Made by a program: the position numbers and the translations under genes. From Escherichia phage vB_EcoM-Ro157lw, in the sequence record MH051335.1: a DNA stretch of 64,000 nucleotides. One strand, written 5' to 3'. Of the stretch, positions 55,792-64,000 are shown in pieces (position 1 is the stretch's first letter; each line of letters opens with the position of its first letter). The notes beneath the pieces are model-generated. The model did not search any database and had not been told where the DNA came from. It saw nothing but the letters and a program-made list of their open reading frames with translations.

Positions 55792-56874
55792 ATGGCTAGT
55801 TTAAGAGAAGAAGCAAAAATAATCGAAGAGTTTTTGACGGAACTCCAAAGAGGCATTCCAGAAGATGAACGCGTCATGACCGTGTTTGCGCCTGAAGCAA
55901 CGGTGCAGACCGACGAGCGCGGCAAAAAGATTAACAGCAGCTTCTGGCCTAAGCCTTGGAAGCTTGGCAAGCCGCTGATGCAACATCAGAACGGTTACGC
56001 CTGCATAAGTTCAATGCGTAAGTCTCCCAACCCAAAGACAGGCGAGATGCGATACTGGCGCACGGAATCGGCTTTCGGTCATGGCATGGCGATGATGGTC
56101 GACGACATCGGACACGGTAAAGGGTCAAAGGGCGATTTAGATTTGGAGTTCTTTTTCGAGCGCCTAAAACCAACCGTCATCGTCGAGACTTCGCCGAACA
56201 ACCATCAGCTGTGGTACTTCTTTAAAGAACCGATTGACCATCTTATTCAGTTCAAAGCATTCCTTGGGTCTTTCGTAAACATGGTACTCAAGAAGGGCGG
56301 CGACAACACGATTAAAGACGTGACGCGCGTGGGCCGTGTTCCTGGGTGCATCAACAACAAGCGTGTGACTCACGACGGCCCCTATAAATATGTCGATGAG
56401 AACGGCGACCCGTTCCGCTGCCGACTTGTCCATGCAGACTATTCCTTGCGCTACACAATCGAAGAGATTTGCCAAGCCTTCGGTTTCCACGTCGTTATGC
56501 CGCAAAAGCGTGAAATTCAAATCGACGTTGACGAATACAAATATGACGCTGTTTGGTATAAGATAGCCCAGCAAATCCTTGCGCGCAATAAGATGGGCGA
56601 AGGGTCAGATGGCGATGTGGTTGAAAACATGTCAGGTAAATGTCGCATCATCTGTCCTTGGGGTGAAGAGCACACCAACGGCGACCCATACGGCGCTTAT
56701 TTTCGCGGCCCAATCCCTGGCGCTGAACATGAATTCGTTTTCGGTTGCGCTCACGACTGTCACCGGAAAGGGGAAGGCAAGAAAGGATGGACCGCTTTTG
56801 TTGAAGCAGTAGTCATGCCTTATATTGAGAATCAACTTGATATGATAAATCGTCGCGCAGGTGGCATAAAATAG
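55792..56874 (+). CDS. primase-polymerase-like replication protein with Cys/His zinc-binding C-terminus (tentative)
   Basis: Acidic VDDIG and SPNNHQLWYF motifs; CPWGEEH...CAHDCH cluster; AAGGAAAG SD. Confidence 0.4.
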   Translation: MASLREEAKIIEEFLTELQRGIPEDERVMTVFAPEATVQTDERGKKINSSFWPKPWKLGKPLMQHQNGYACISSMRKSPNPKTGEMRYWRTESAFGHGMAMMVDDIGHGKGSKGDLDLEFFFERLKPTVIVETSPNNHQLWYFFKEPIDHLIQFKAFLGSFVNMVLKKGGDNTIKDVTRVGRVPGCINNKRVTHDGPYKYVDENGDPFRCRLVHADYSLRYTIEEICQAFGFHVVMPQKREIQIDVDEYKYDAVWYKIAQQILARNKMGEGSDGDVVENMSGKCRIICPWGEEHTNGDPYGAYFRGPIPGAEHEFVFGCAHDCHRKGEGKKGWTAFVEAVVMPYIENQLDMINRRAGGIK

Positions 56875-56875
56875 T

Positions 56876-56903
56876 TTGCTTTTATTTTTCTAGCAACTAT
56901 AAT
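56876..56903 (+). promoter_or_regulatory. sigma70-like promoter TTGCTT-N16-TATAAT
   Basis: Hexamers read directly. Confidence 0.4.
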
Positions 56904-56932
56904 CATTTTATGAACTGAAGCAGAGGTTATTT

Positions 56933-57079
56933 ATGCAAAGCGAAGAATTGAACATCGAGCTTGAAGGTCTGTTAAATTCGTTAGAACCTAAGCACGTAGA
57001 GCTTCCCACCCTTGAAGGTGTCATGGCTCACCACCAATCGGCTGCGGCCAAACAATACTCTGAATTTGTTAAGGAATAA
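56933..57079 (+). CDS. small hypothetical protein (48 aa); below ORF-track size cutoff
   Basis: ATG with AGAGG SD. Confidence 0.35.
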   Translation: MQSEELNIELEGLLNSLEPKHVELPTLEGVMAHHQSAAAKQYSEFVKE

Positions 57080-57081
57080 AA

Positions 57082-57372
57082 ATGAACGAACCAAAAATGA
57101 TGACCACTGAAGAAGCGCAAAAACTTCGCGTGGAGAACGAGCTGAAGCTTGTCAATGAAATTCTTCCTCTGTTTAAAGGCTATGCGGTTGAAGAAGTTGT
57201 TGGCGCAATCCTTAATGTTTCGACTCACGTGGCGATGAATCTGAATGCAGAGCGTTTCAATACTTTGCTGACGATTAACAACTTCACTGTCAGTGCAACG
57301 TTTACCGTTGAGCCAGTGAATTTTGAAGAAGCTGCAGCCGCGATTCAACAACGGCGAGATCAAGAGGTGTAG
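57082..57372 (+). CDS. hypothetical protein
   Basis: ORF track. Confidence 0.55.
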   Translation: MNEPKMMTTEEAQKLRVENELKLVNEILPLFKGYAVEEVVGAILNVSTHVAMNLNAERFNTLLTINNFTVSATFTVEPVNFEEAAAAIQQRRDQEV

Positions 57373-57373
57373 C

Positions 57374-57637
57374 ATGGGTGCTTTCCGCAACGAGTTTGTT
57401 TGGAACGTCACAAGCAGTCTTTCGACTTGTCCTAACTGTGCAAGCGATGTGATCAAGGTGCGGCAGCATCGCAATGCAGAGGAAGGTGCCTGGGAGGACG
57501 GCGACCTTGTAGAGTGCCAGTGTTGCTCTCACGAAGGCGTGGTGGAGCTTTACGCCGGAGAAGGTTGTCCACCAGCAGAACGTACAGCACGCGTTGAATG
57601 GGATGCGACAGACTCCATCGGTGATCCTCAACAGTAA
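57374..57637 (+). CDS. small Cys-rich (zinc-ribbon-like) protein
   Basis: CPNC...CQCC pattern; ATG at 57374 with GAGGTG SD. Confidence 0.5.
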   Translation: MGAFRNEFVWNVTSSLSTCPNCASDVIKVRQHRNAEEGAWEDGDLVECQCCSHEGVVELYAGEGCPPAERTARVEWDATDSIGDPQQ

Positions 57638-57649
57638 ATTTAGGTATAG

Positions 57650-57760
57650 ATGCATATGAAAGCCGTAAAGAAATACACATTAATCATTTCCCTTGTTATC
57701 ATCCTGGGGCTATTATATGTATTGGATATGGCATATTATTTGGCAGGGGTGAGTAAATGA
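57650..57760 (+). CDS. small hydrophobic peptide (36 aa, single TM); holin or membrane modulator candidate
   Basis: AGGT SD; hydrophobic core LIISLVIILGLLYVL; ATGA overlap with next gene. Confidence 0.3.
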   Translation: MHMKAVKKYTLIISLVIILGLLYVLDMAYYLAGVSK

Positions 57761-58047
57761 ATATTGTAATTCTTTATGGTGAGAATATCAGCGATGACGA
57801 CATCGAAGTTGCCGTTGATGTTTACGGTATCGATGAGGTGAAACGTGTTGAAGAAATTAATGGCTCAAATCTTAATGAGATTGCCAAAGAAGCTGGTTGC
57901 CCTTCGGAAGAGATTCTGGTGGTTACTAACGATGACCTGTCTTCTATGGATTGTTTGCGCCGCATCTTCACCGATTGCCAATACCTTCATTCTGTTCAGT
58001 CAGTAAACAAATTGAGAAAGGCATACGCTGACCAATTTCCTTGCTGA
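57757..58047 (+). CDS. hypothetical protein
   Basis: ORF track; GGGGTGAG SD. Confidence 0.55.
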   Translation: MNIVILYGENISDDDIEVAVDVYGIDEVKRVEEINGSNLNEIAKEAGCPSEEILVVTNDDLSSMDCLRRIFTDCQYLHSVQSVNKLRKAYADQFPC

Positions 58048-58097
58048 TAGTTCACCAGTTATATTGCTTTAAACTGAGTTTTACTATATTAATATAC

Positions 58098-58117
58098 AAC
58101 GCCAGATTTCTGGCGTT
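58098..58117 (+). terminator. intrinsic terminator (AACGCCAG/CTGGCGTT, loop ATTT, T-rich tail)
   Basis: Direct reading. Confidence 0.55.
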
Positions 58118-58183
58118 TATTTACCGCACCCTGAAAGGATATATCCATGCAACAATATAACAAAGCCGTATCAGGAGGATTAA

Positions 58184-59854
58184 ATGTCAATTGAACATGA
58201 CAATCTTCCAGAGGATACAGGTGATGAATTTGGTGCAATCTTTGACGAAATTCAAGACGCTGGTGTTTCAGAAGAGATGCAAGCGGCAGAGCAGCAAGGC
58301 ACCAGAGCTAAAATCAGCCTCCAGCATAAGGCTGTTGAGAAAGATGCAGAGCGCATGGAGTGCTACGGTGAAGAAGACTTGGTTGAAAGAGCACGTTTGC
58401 TCGCCTCACTTCAGGTAATCAAGTTCCCTCACTACAAACCGACGAAAGATGATTTTGTTCTTCAGGCGGACCGGACGAGTGACATGAACCGTTATGCGGT
58501 TTTCGACGCGTTGTTTGATAAGGGAAGCGGCATTGTCCCATTCCCTCACAAAGATACTTTTCGTGGACGCTTAGTCGACCATCGCGGCGAAACATTCACC
58601 GACCGGACGTTGGAAGTCACAGAGATAGTTGCCGCTGTAGACGCAGCAGGTCTGTCCAACCCAAACTCACGTCAGGTCGCTCAATCCTATAAGGAATGGG
58701 CTATGCGTTATCAGCGCGACGACCTGATGGACTTCTTCTACAAGAAGCTGCCTGAATGGGACGGTACTGCGCGCATTGAAAAATACCTTATCGAGCTATT
58801 CCGACCGTTCGATACAGAGTTAAACCGACAAATCGGTGTGTATTTTTGGCTATCGCTCTATAACCGCCTGACCAATCCTGGCTGTCAAGCGCCAATCTCC
58901 ATTGCGCTCATCGGCGGCCAGAACGCAGGGAAGAGTTATTTTAGTAAGCTGCTTTGCGAAGCTATTATGAACGACCGCCACGCAACACCGATTCCGTTGA
59001 ACTTGGCCGCGCAGAACTTCAACCCGTTCTTGCGAGCTATTACGGGTCGCTCAATTATCGCGAACGTTGGTGAGATGACAGGCTTTAAAAAGGCCGACAT
59101 CGAAAACATGAAAGCATTCCTGACTAAGACGGAAGATGACCTGGACTTCAAATTTGAAGATACGCAGGTTAAACCACGCCAGTGGATTGCTATCATGGAC
59201 GGCAACGAATACGCAGGCATGCAGCGTGACGATACGGGCAACCGTCGTGTGTATCCTATCTTTGTTGGCCAACTCGCCGACAAGGACGGGCAACCGAACT
59301 GGTCGAAAGACTTCCAAGCTGACCTTTCCACTTTGAAAGAAGACGTTTGGCAACTGATGGCTGAGTGTGCTGCGTGGATGGAGAAGCACGGCGAAGCAGG
59401 TTACAACGCGTTTGTCGGTGAAACATCTCGCATGCTTACTGAGTTCAGCAAGAACGAAATGGAACGCGCTCGCGGCGTTATCCGTGATGAGATGGTCGAC
59501 AACGACCTTGTTGAAGTCGTCATCACCGCGCCTTATGACCGACATCACAGCGGACGCTGGCACATCACCAGTGGTGCAATCGCTATGGGATTCAGAGCTA
59601 AGTGCGGCAAGTCGCCTTTCTCACGTACCCTTGCGCCGCACATGTCGAAGCTTGGATTTGAGCCTGCAACCTATCGCAACCAGCGTGGCTACTTTACGCC
59701 GCTGATTAAGAATGAAGCAGGGGAATACATTTCTGACTTGATGACTATCTTAGCGTATCTTATCCGCGACGAGTCTGACCCTGAAGATATTGAATTCTTG
59801 AAGAAGGTTATTGAACGCAAACGTTCTTTAGGAAGAGATAAGGATGAATTCTGA
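58184..59854 (+). CDS. VirE/D5-like P-loop NTPase (primase-helicase C-terminal type)
   Basis: Walker A GGQNAGKS; AGGAGG SD. Confidence 0.5.
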   Translation: MSIEHDNLPEDTGDEFGAIFDEIQDAGVSEEMQAAEQQGTRAKISLQHKAVEKDAERMECYGEEDLVERARLLASLQVIKFPHYKPTKDDFVLQADRTSDMNRYAVFDALFDKGSGIVPFPHKDTFRGRLVDHRGETFTDRTLEVTEIVAAVDAAGLSNPNSRQVAQSYKEWAMRYQRDDLMDFFYKKLPEWDGTARIEKYLIELFRPFDTELNRQIGVYFWLSLYNRLTNPGCQAPISIALIGGQNAGKSYFSKLLCEAIMNDRHATPIPLNLAAQNFNPFLRAITGRSIIANVGEMTGFKKADIENMKAFLTKTEDDLDFKFEDTQVKPRQWIAIMDGNEYAGMQRDDTGNRRVYPIFVGQLADKDGQPNWSKDFQADLSTLKEDVWQLMAECAAWMEKHGEAGYNAFVGETSRMLTEFSKNEMERARGVIRDEMVDNDLVEVVITAPYDRHHSGRWHITSGAIAMGFRAKCGKSPFSRTLAPHMSKLGFEPATYRNQRGYFTPLIKNEAGEYISDLMTILAYLIRDESDPEDIEFLKKVIERKRSLGRDKDEF

Positions 59855-60501
59855 TGAATAAAGCAATCAACATCGCTAAATTCTTTCAACATCTTGGTGA
59901 ACTGAACAAAGAGAGTGACGTTCACGGAGAAGAAATGAACCGGATGATTTCAACCGTGTTGCGTGGTTTTGGTTACGATAAGGACTCCATCAACTGTAAG
60001 CGCACGAAGCTTGTCGATGAGACATACCTTTACTATGTTGAATTGCGCGTAGGCAAAGATTTGATGATCATCGACCCAAAACTGGAAGGGGCGCACTGCT
60101 TTGGTGCTCACCCTCGTGCGAGTGAATTCAAGGGTCGCGGTCGCAACCGACTCCAGAAGCTTGATGATGCAGGCGACCTGAACATCTCGATGTTCCTCAA
60201 AGAGTTCCTTGCTCTGCCGAAGGTTGCATCTTCAACGGGCCGTGATGACCTGTGCAAGATTGGATTCAGAACTAAAGATTTGCGCAATGCGCTACGCAAG
60301 AAGGGATTTGTGCCTTCTTATGATAACGTCGCCGCGCTGATGGCTTCCATGGAGGAAGCTGAAGCAATGGACAAGGTGCGCGGCTATTTCCTGAATACAG
60401 GCTACACAATGTATGAGTGGCACACCAAAGGATTGACGGTCGCCGACTTCATCTATTCATTAGAGCAGAAGTATGTACGCAATATGCAGGCCACAGGATA
60501 A
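59854..60501 (+). CDS. hypothetical protein
   Basis: ORF track. Confidence 0.55.
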   Translation: MNKAINIAKFFQHLGELNKESDVHGEEMNRMISTVLRGFGYDKDSINCKRTKLVDETYLYYVELRVGKDLMIIDPKLEGAHCFGAHPRASEFKGRGRNRLQKLDDAGDLNISMFLKEFLALPKVASSTGRDDLCKIGFRTKDLRNALRKKGFVPSYDNVAALMASMEEAEAMDKVRGYFLNTGYTMYEWHTKGLTVADFIYSLEQKYVRNMQATG

Positions 60502-60540
60502 TTATCATCAAAATATTTGCTTTTCTGACGAGGTGATATT

Positions 60541-60765
60541 ATGATTAATTTAGACAGGATTGAGTTAGCACTTAGTACCTTAATCAAATATTACCAGTTT
60601 GCTTTTAAGGCTAGTTTGTTTGGCTTGTTCAATCCTCATCAAGCAGCAAAGGCGCGAAGCAATGCAAACCGTCTTCGCTGTGCTGGTATAGTCATCCACG
60701 ACCGGATATTGACAGAGGGTAGATTCAGCCATGAATACACAAGGGAGAATAACAAAGCAACGTAG
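60541..60765 (+). CDS. hypothetical protein
   Basis: ORF track; GAGGTGA SD. Confidence 0.5.
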   Translation: MINLDRIELALSTLIKYYQFAFKASLFGLFNPHQAAKARSNANRLRCAGIVIHDRILTEGRFSHEYTRENNKAT

Positions 60766-60940
60766 AGCTTTACAAGTTCTCATCCACTACCTGACACGCC
60801 TTTATCCAACGGCGCACGAGCAGAATCCATCAACGGGTCACCTGTTTAAGCGCCGTAACCTTTCGTTGAAAACATTCGCTTTAATCCAATACGACCGCTA
60901 CCTGGACGGGCGCTACTGCGGCCCGAAGGACTCACTATGA
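60731..60940 (+). CDS. hypothetical basic protein (overlaps upstream gene by 35 bp)
   Basis: ORF track; ATG with GAGGGT SD. Confidence 0.4.
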   Translation: MNTQGRITKQRRALQVLIHYLTRLYPTAHEQNPSTGHLFKRRNLSLKTFALIQYDRYLDGRYCGPKDSL

Positions 60941-61215
60941 TTACTACATACAAAGTGTTCTTTGTCAAGTGCACGTCATCGATTGATGACCAGTTTACTG
61001 CTGGAAAGAATTATCCCGTGATTTCTGAGTCAAGAATAGATATAATCTTGAACGATCATGAAATCTATGAGCCGATGCCAGCGACTGCGTTTGATGTTAT
61101 CGGTCACGTTCGGATTAAGACGAATGTTGAAACGATGCATGACCCGTTGTTCAAGAAGCAAATTAAGAATGCCATGCAGGACTTTTGCGCGGCTATGTTT
61201 AAATACTATAAGTGA
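60937..61215 (+). CDS. hypothetical protein
   Basis: ORF track. Confidence 0.5.
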   Translation: MITTYKVFFVKCTSSIDDQFTAGKNYPVISESRIDIILNDHEIYEPMPATAFDVIGHVRIKTNVETMHDPLFKKQIKNAMQDFCAAMFKYYK

Positions 61216-61222
61216 GTTGAAG

Positions 61223-61444
61223 ATGAGAAAGAAAACTCTTAAGGCTGGGGACCGCATCCGTTGGATGTCAGGACAGAATATGCGCGCAGGCACCATCCTT
61301 GAGCTGGATCAATACCTTACTGATTCGCGTGGTCGCAATCACTATCGCGTTCGAATCGATACGGTAAAAGAAGATGACAAGTCAATTGTTGGTGAAGTGG
61401 TCATCGTTACTCCACATCAAATTAAGGCGGCTTGTGAAGCATGA
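61223..61444 (+). CDS. hypothetical protein (ATG at 61223; track ORF extends upstream into previous gene)
   Basis: ORF track plus start inspection. Confidence 0.5.
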   Translation: MRKKTLKAGDRIRWMSGQNMRAGTILELDQYLTDSRGRNHYRVRIDTVKEDDKSIVGEVVIVTPHQIKAACEA

Positions 61445-61704
61445 ACAGCAAATTCGGAATCAAAGATAAATGCCAATTACTTTTTGAAATGAGAGTTGCT
61501 GAGAAAGAGCGTTTAGATTTTGAAGCAGAATTGAGAGAAGAGGAAGAGATGAATAAATTTCAGTTCAACGATAAAAAGATCAGTAAAGCAGACGCAATCA
61601 AGCAGCTTCGCCGCGTACTTGAAGCCAGCGGCCATACGAAAGAGCGTGCACGCGTCCTGGCCAAAGAACATTATAAACGTTTTGTGTCACAAATCAGAGG
61701 TTAA
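61441..61704 (+). CDS. hypothetical protein
   Basis: ORF track. Confidence 0.5.
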   Translation: MNSKFGIKDKCQLLFEMRVAEKERLDFEAELREEEEMNKFQFNDKKISKADAIKQLRRVLEASGHTKERARVLAKEHYKRFVSQIRG

Positions 61705-61706
61705 TT

Positions 61707-62198
61707 ATGATCATCCATCGCCCTTTAATGTTAAACAGAGAAGAGTGTGAAGAAATTTTACACGCATTGAGACGTGCAGAGGCAGATGTCAACATTCGTG
61801 TAAAGGTAAGAAACTTTATCATGAATGAGTTTAAAAGTGATGATGTTGGCTATGCCATCGATGAATTACTGAAGCGAAACGTCAAGGGTGCAACAAGACC
61901 TATTCACCATCAATCACGTTGCGTAAGAGTTCCTATTCAAACTTATGTTGATAAAAAGCCGCGCCTTAAGCCAATTGACATATTTGACATCAAGAACGGC
62001 GACTCAATCATAAGCAAGGACGCGGAAGAGGGCGCAATTCCTATTAATGGCCGGGTGATTTACGTGTCGCACGATGCTGACCAGACTTTAATTCAATGGG
62101 TAAGGTTTGATAAAACTGCCGGCGGCAAGTATCGCTACTATGGCGATGAGCGATTCACCACTAAATTCTATAAGGTACTCGATCATGGCTCATGTTAA
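61707..62198 (+). CDS. hypothetical protein
   Basis: ORF track; AGAGG SD. Confidence 0.55.
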   Translation: MIIHRPLMLNREECEEILHALRRAEADVNIRVKVRNFIMNEFKSDDVGYAIDELLKRNVKGATRPIHHQSRCVRVPIQTYVDKKPRLKPIDIFDIKNGDSIISKDAEEGAIPINGRVIYVSHDADQTLIQWVRFDKTAGGKYRYYGDERFTTKFYKVLDHGSC

Positions 62199-62532
62199 AG
62201 ATGAAACGCTGTATGGCGCAGAGATTAAGAAGCGCGTGCGTGAGATGGCTGAAGGCGGTACGTTGATACCGTCGCGAGTCCGTTGCGACCACGTGATTGG
62301 CGTATCCGGTACGAAGGAGATGGGTGTGTTGGTAAAAGACATTCGCGTTGGGGATGTCATGGTCATCGACCGACAAGCGCGAGTCGTTATCCAGGTGCAA
62401 CCGAACGATGATGAAGGATGTGTCCTATTGAAGCTGAAGAAGCTTTCATCCAGCCCAGCAAAAGCCGTCATCAAGAAGGTCTGGCCCGAAGGATTACGCA
62501 AACTCATTCGTCGACCCGTGGAAAATGTATAA
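62185..62532 (+). CDS. hypothetical protein
   Basis: ATG at 62185 with AAGGT SD. Confidence 0.5.
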   Translation: MAHVKDETLYGAEIKKRVREMAEGGTLIPSRVRCDHVIGVSGTKEMGVLVKDIRVGDVMVIDRQARVVIQVQPNDDEGCVLLKLKKLSSSPAKAVIKKVWPEGLRKLIRRPVENV

Positions 62533-62768
62533 TGGAAGATTATATCAATGCGATGTACATGGCATTCTATGTCGTGCAGCTTCCCAATGGCGCGGTATTT
62601 TATGGCGAGTACACCTTTGACGTTCAATATGACGTCTCAGAGCGTACAGTGTTAACAAGGGAGTTGATTGCGGACCTTAAGGACGACATCAAGCGCGTCG
62701 CGCGGCAGCAGTTCAATTTGGATGACACCGTAATTGTTCGCATCACCGGAATAACAGAGGTGCAGTGA
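62532..62768 (+). CDS. hypothetical protein
   Basis: ATG at 62532. Confidence 0.5.
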   Translation: MEDYINAMYMAFYVVQLPNGAVFYGEYTFDVQYDVSERTVLTRELIADLKDDIKRVARQQFNLDDTVIVRITGITEVQ

Positions 62769-63097
62769 TGACCCGTGATCAGATACTCGCCGCGCATGAG
62801 CGTGAAAAGGTTAAAGATATTTGTAAAAGGCACAGATTATTTGCTGACTCTTACGTCTTCTTAAAGTCCTGCATCAAGCAAAACGCAAGGATGGATAACA
62901 CCGTATTGACATTCAACCTTTTGTCTAACGGAGCAAAGCTTGATGCGATATGCGGATGCAGAATTGCCAGCAATAACTTCGCCCAAAGAGAGAGGAAAGA
63001 TGCATTCATCTACCGATTCTCTTACCGGATTGGAGACACAAAGATAACAAGGACAAGGCACGAGATAGAGATTGACCTACTCCACTATGTAAAATGA
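62768..63097 (+). CDS. hypothetical protein
   Basis: ATG at 62768 with AGAGGTG SD. Confidence 0.5.
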   Translation: MTRDQILAAHEREKVKDICKRHRLFADSYVFLKSCIKQNARMDNTVLTFNLLSNGAKLDAICGCRIASNNFAQRERKDAFIYRFSYRIGDTKITRTRHEIEIDLLHYVK

Positions 63098-63182
63098 ATA
63101 TCAAAAAGGTGAGCTAAATGCTTGCCTTTTCTTTTATCAATACTTATACTCTTTTCATCAAGACTGACAAGCGAGGTGAATT

Positions 63183-63500
63183 ATGATTTACTTAGGCATC
63201 GACAAGGAACAAGACGAGCGGTTAGGAAGCGTGTTAAACTTAGACTTGAACACAGCTGTACACACCAAGCCTTGGCCAGAGGCGCACCCCGACGTAGTTG
63301 TACCCGTTGCACCTTGGGCGCGTTACGTTGCCATTGACGATAACGGCCTTGTCCATTGTTATTCAGAAAGGCCAACGTATTTCGAGCTTCACCGCGAATG
63401 GCTGATGACTGGATGGGCAAAGGTGCGCTGCTGCGGCGAAGTCGGTCTGGAAGGATGGGGATTCAAGGCTAGTGAATCGTGTGTCGAGGTGCAATTATGA
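63183..63500 (+). CDS. hypothetical protein
   Basis: ORF track; GAGGTGA SD. Confidence 0.55.
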   Translation: MIYLGIDKEQDERLGSVLNLDLNTAVHTKPWPEAHPDVVVPVAPWARYVAIDDNGLVHCYSERPTYFELHREWLMTGWAKVRCCGEVGLEGWGFKASESCVEVQL

Positions 63501-63715
63501 ATGCCGCGCTGGGTAAGTTGTCTTTTAACAAGCGCAATGAGTTGCGCATGGTGTCTCGTTTTCAGTTTTTATTAAATGCTATGTCAAGCGTTGCCATAAC
63601 AATGCTTCGCGCCGATTGCCCTGCTGAAAAGCGTGAGACTTTATTTGAACGTCATAAACAATTACAAAAGGCTGCGTTTAAGCTGCAGCAATACGCTATG
63701 GAGTATGCAAAATGA
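63497..63715 (+). CDS. hypothetical protein
   Basis: ATG at 63497 with GAGGTG SD. Confidence 0.5.
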   Translation: MNAALGKLSFNKRNELRMVSRFQFLLNAMSSVAITMLRADCPAEKRETLFERHKQLQKAAFKLQQYAMEYAK

Positions 63716-63996
63716 AGGTGCAACGCTGCCCACATTGCTTGTTAACTATGCGACTTCCTGTTGAAGAATATTTACATCACGTTAATGTTTGTGAAGCTAA
63801 TCCTGAAAATTCGACGCGTTACTATTATCACTATCACGCAGAAGCGGAAGATGGATCAGGCGCAACAGGAATCGTTACCACGAAAGAAATGGTTATCACC
63901 AAAAAGGCGTATGAAAGCCTGCTGGATACAATAAAGGAAGTATCTGGAAAAGAAATAATCTGCATCAAATCTTTGTCTTTCTTACACGAGGTGTAA
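63712..63996 (+). CDS. hypothetical Cys/His-containing protein
   Basis: ORF track. Confidence 0.5.
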   Translation: MKVQRCPHCLLTMRLPVEEYLHHVNVCEANPENSTRYYYHYHAEAEDGSGATGIVTTKEMVITKKAYESLLDTIKEVSGKEIICIKSLSFLHEV

Positions 63997-64000
63997 AATG

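Noticed and set aside
1-64000. tRNA genes and integrase/att sites
   Set aside because: No cloverleaf-compatible sequence with a GGTTCGAATCC-type T-loop was seen in intergenic regions and no tyrosine or serine recombinase motifs were recognised; a proper tRNAscan and HMM search could still find what reading by eye missed.

Overview
The window reads as one continuous tailed-phage genome segment (dsDNA, contractile-tail type), with no rRNA, tRNA, CRISPR array or integrase recognised. All product calls come from motif recognition by eye; no database search was run. Layout: (1) 1-9.1 kb, a left arm with two motif arrays, a CpG-rich block of small genes, small leftward genes and a leftward tail-fiber gene carrying a C-terminal intramolecular chaperone; (2) 9.2-37.8 kb, a rightward structural module (large terminase, portal, MuF-like, scaffold, capsid, sheath, two tube paralogs, tape measure with transglycosylase domain, baseplate, two fibers, GH19 endolysin); (3) 38-55.6 kb, a leftward replication and nucleotide-metabolism module (ligase, MazG-like, embedded spanins, SNF2 helicase, VRR-NUC, DnaE-like polymerase, DnaQ-like exonuclease, VOC/SDR/HAD/ThyX-like/FAD enzymes, Dda-like helicase); (4) 55.8-64 kb, a rightward early block (primase-like, VirE-like NTPase, small genes). 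Most notable: a perfect 127-bp tandem duplication that frameshifts the polymerase gene; a portal with a C-terminal extension carrying an inorganic-pyrophosphatase-like signature; an iteron/AT-rich element inside the structural module with an inverted paralog at the window start; seven perfect copies of ATTTGCACTAT near the left end; and a flavoenzyme cluster around a divergent ThyX-like gene that may be a nucleotide-modification pathway. I could not pin down a single defined novel system; these are the candidates.
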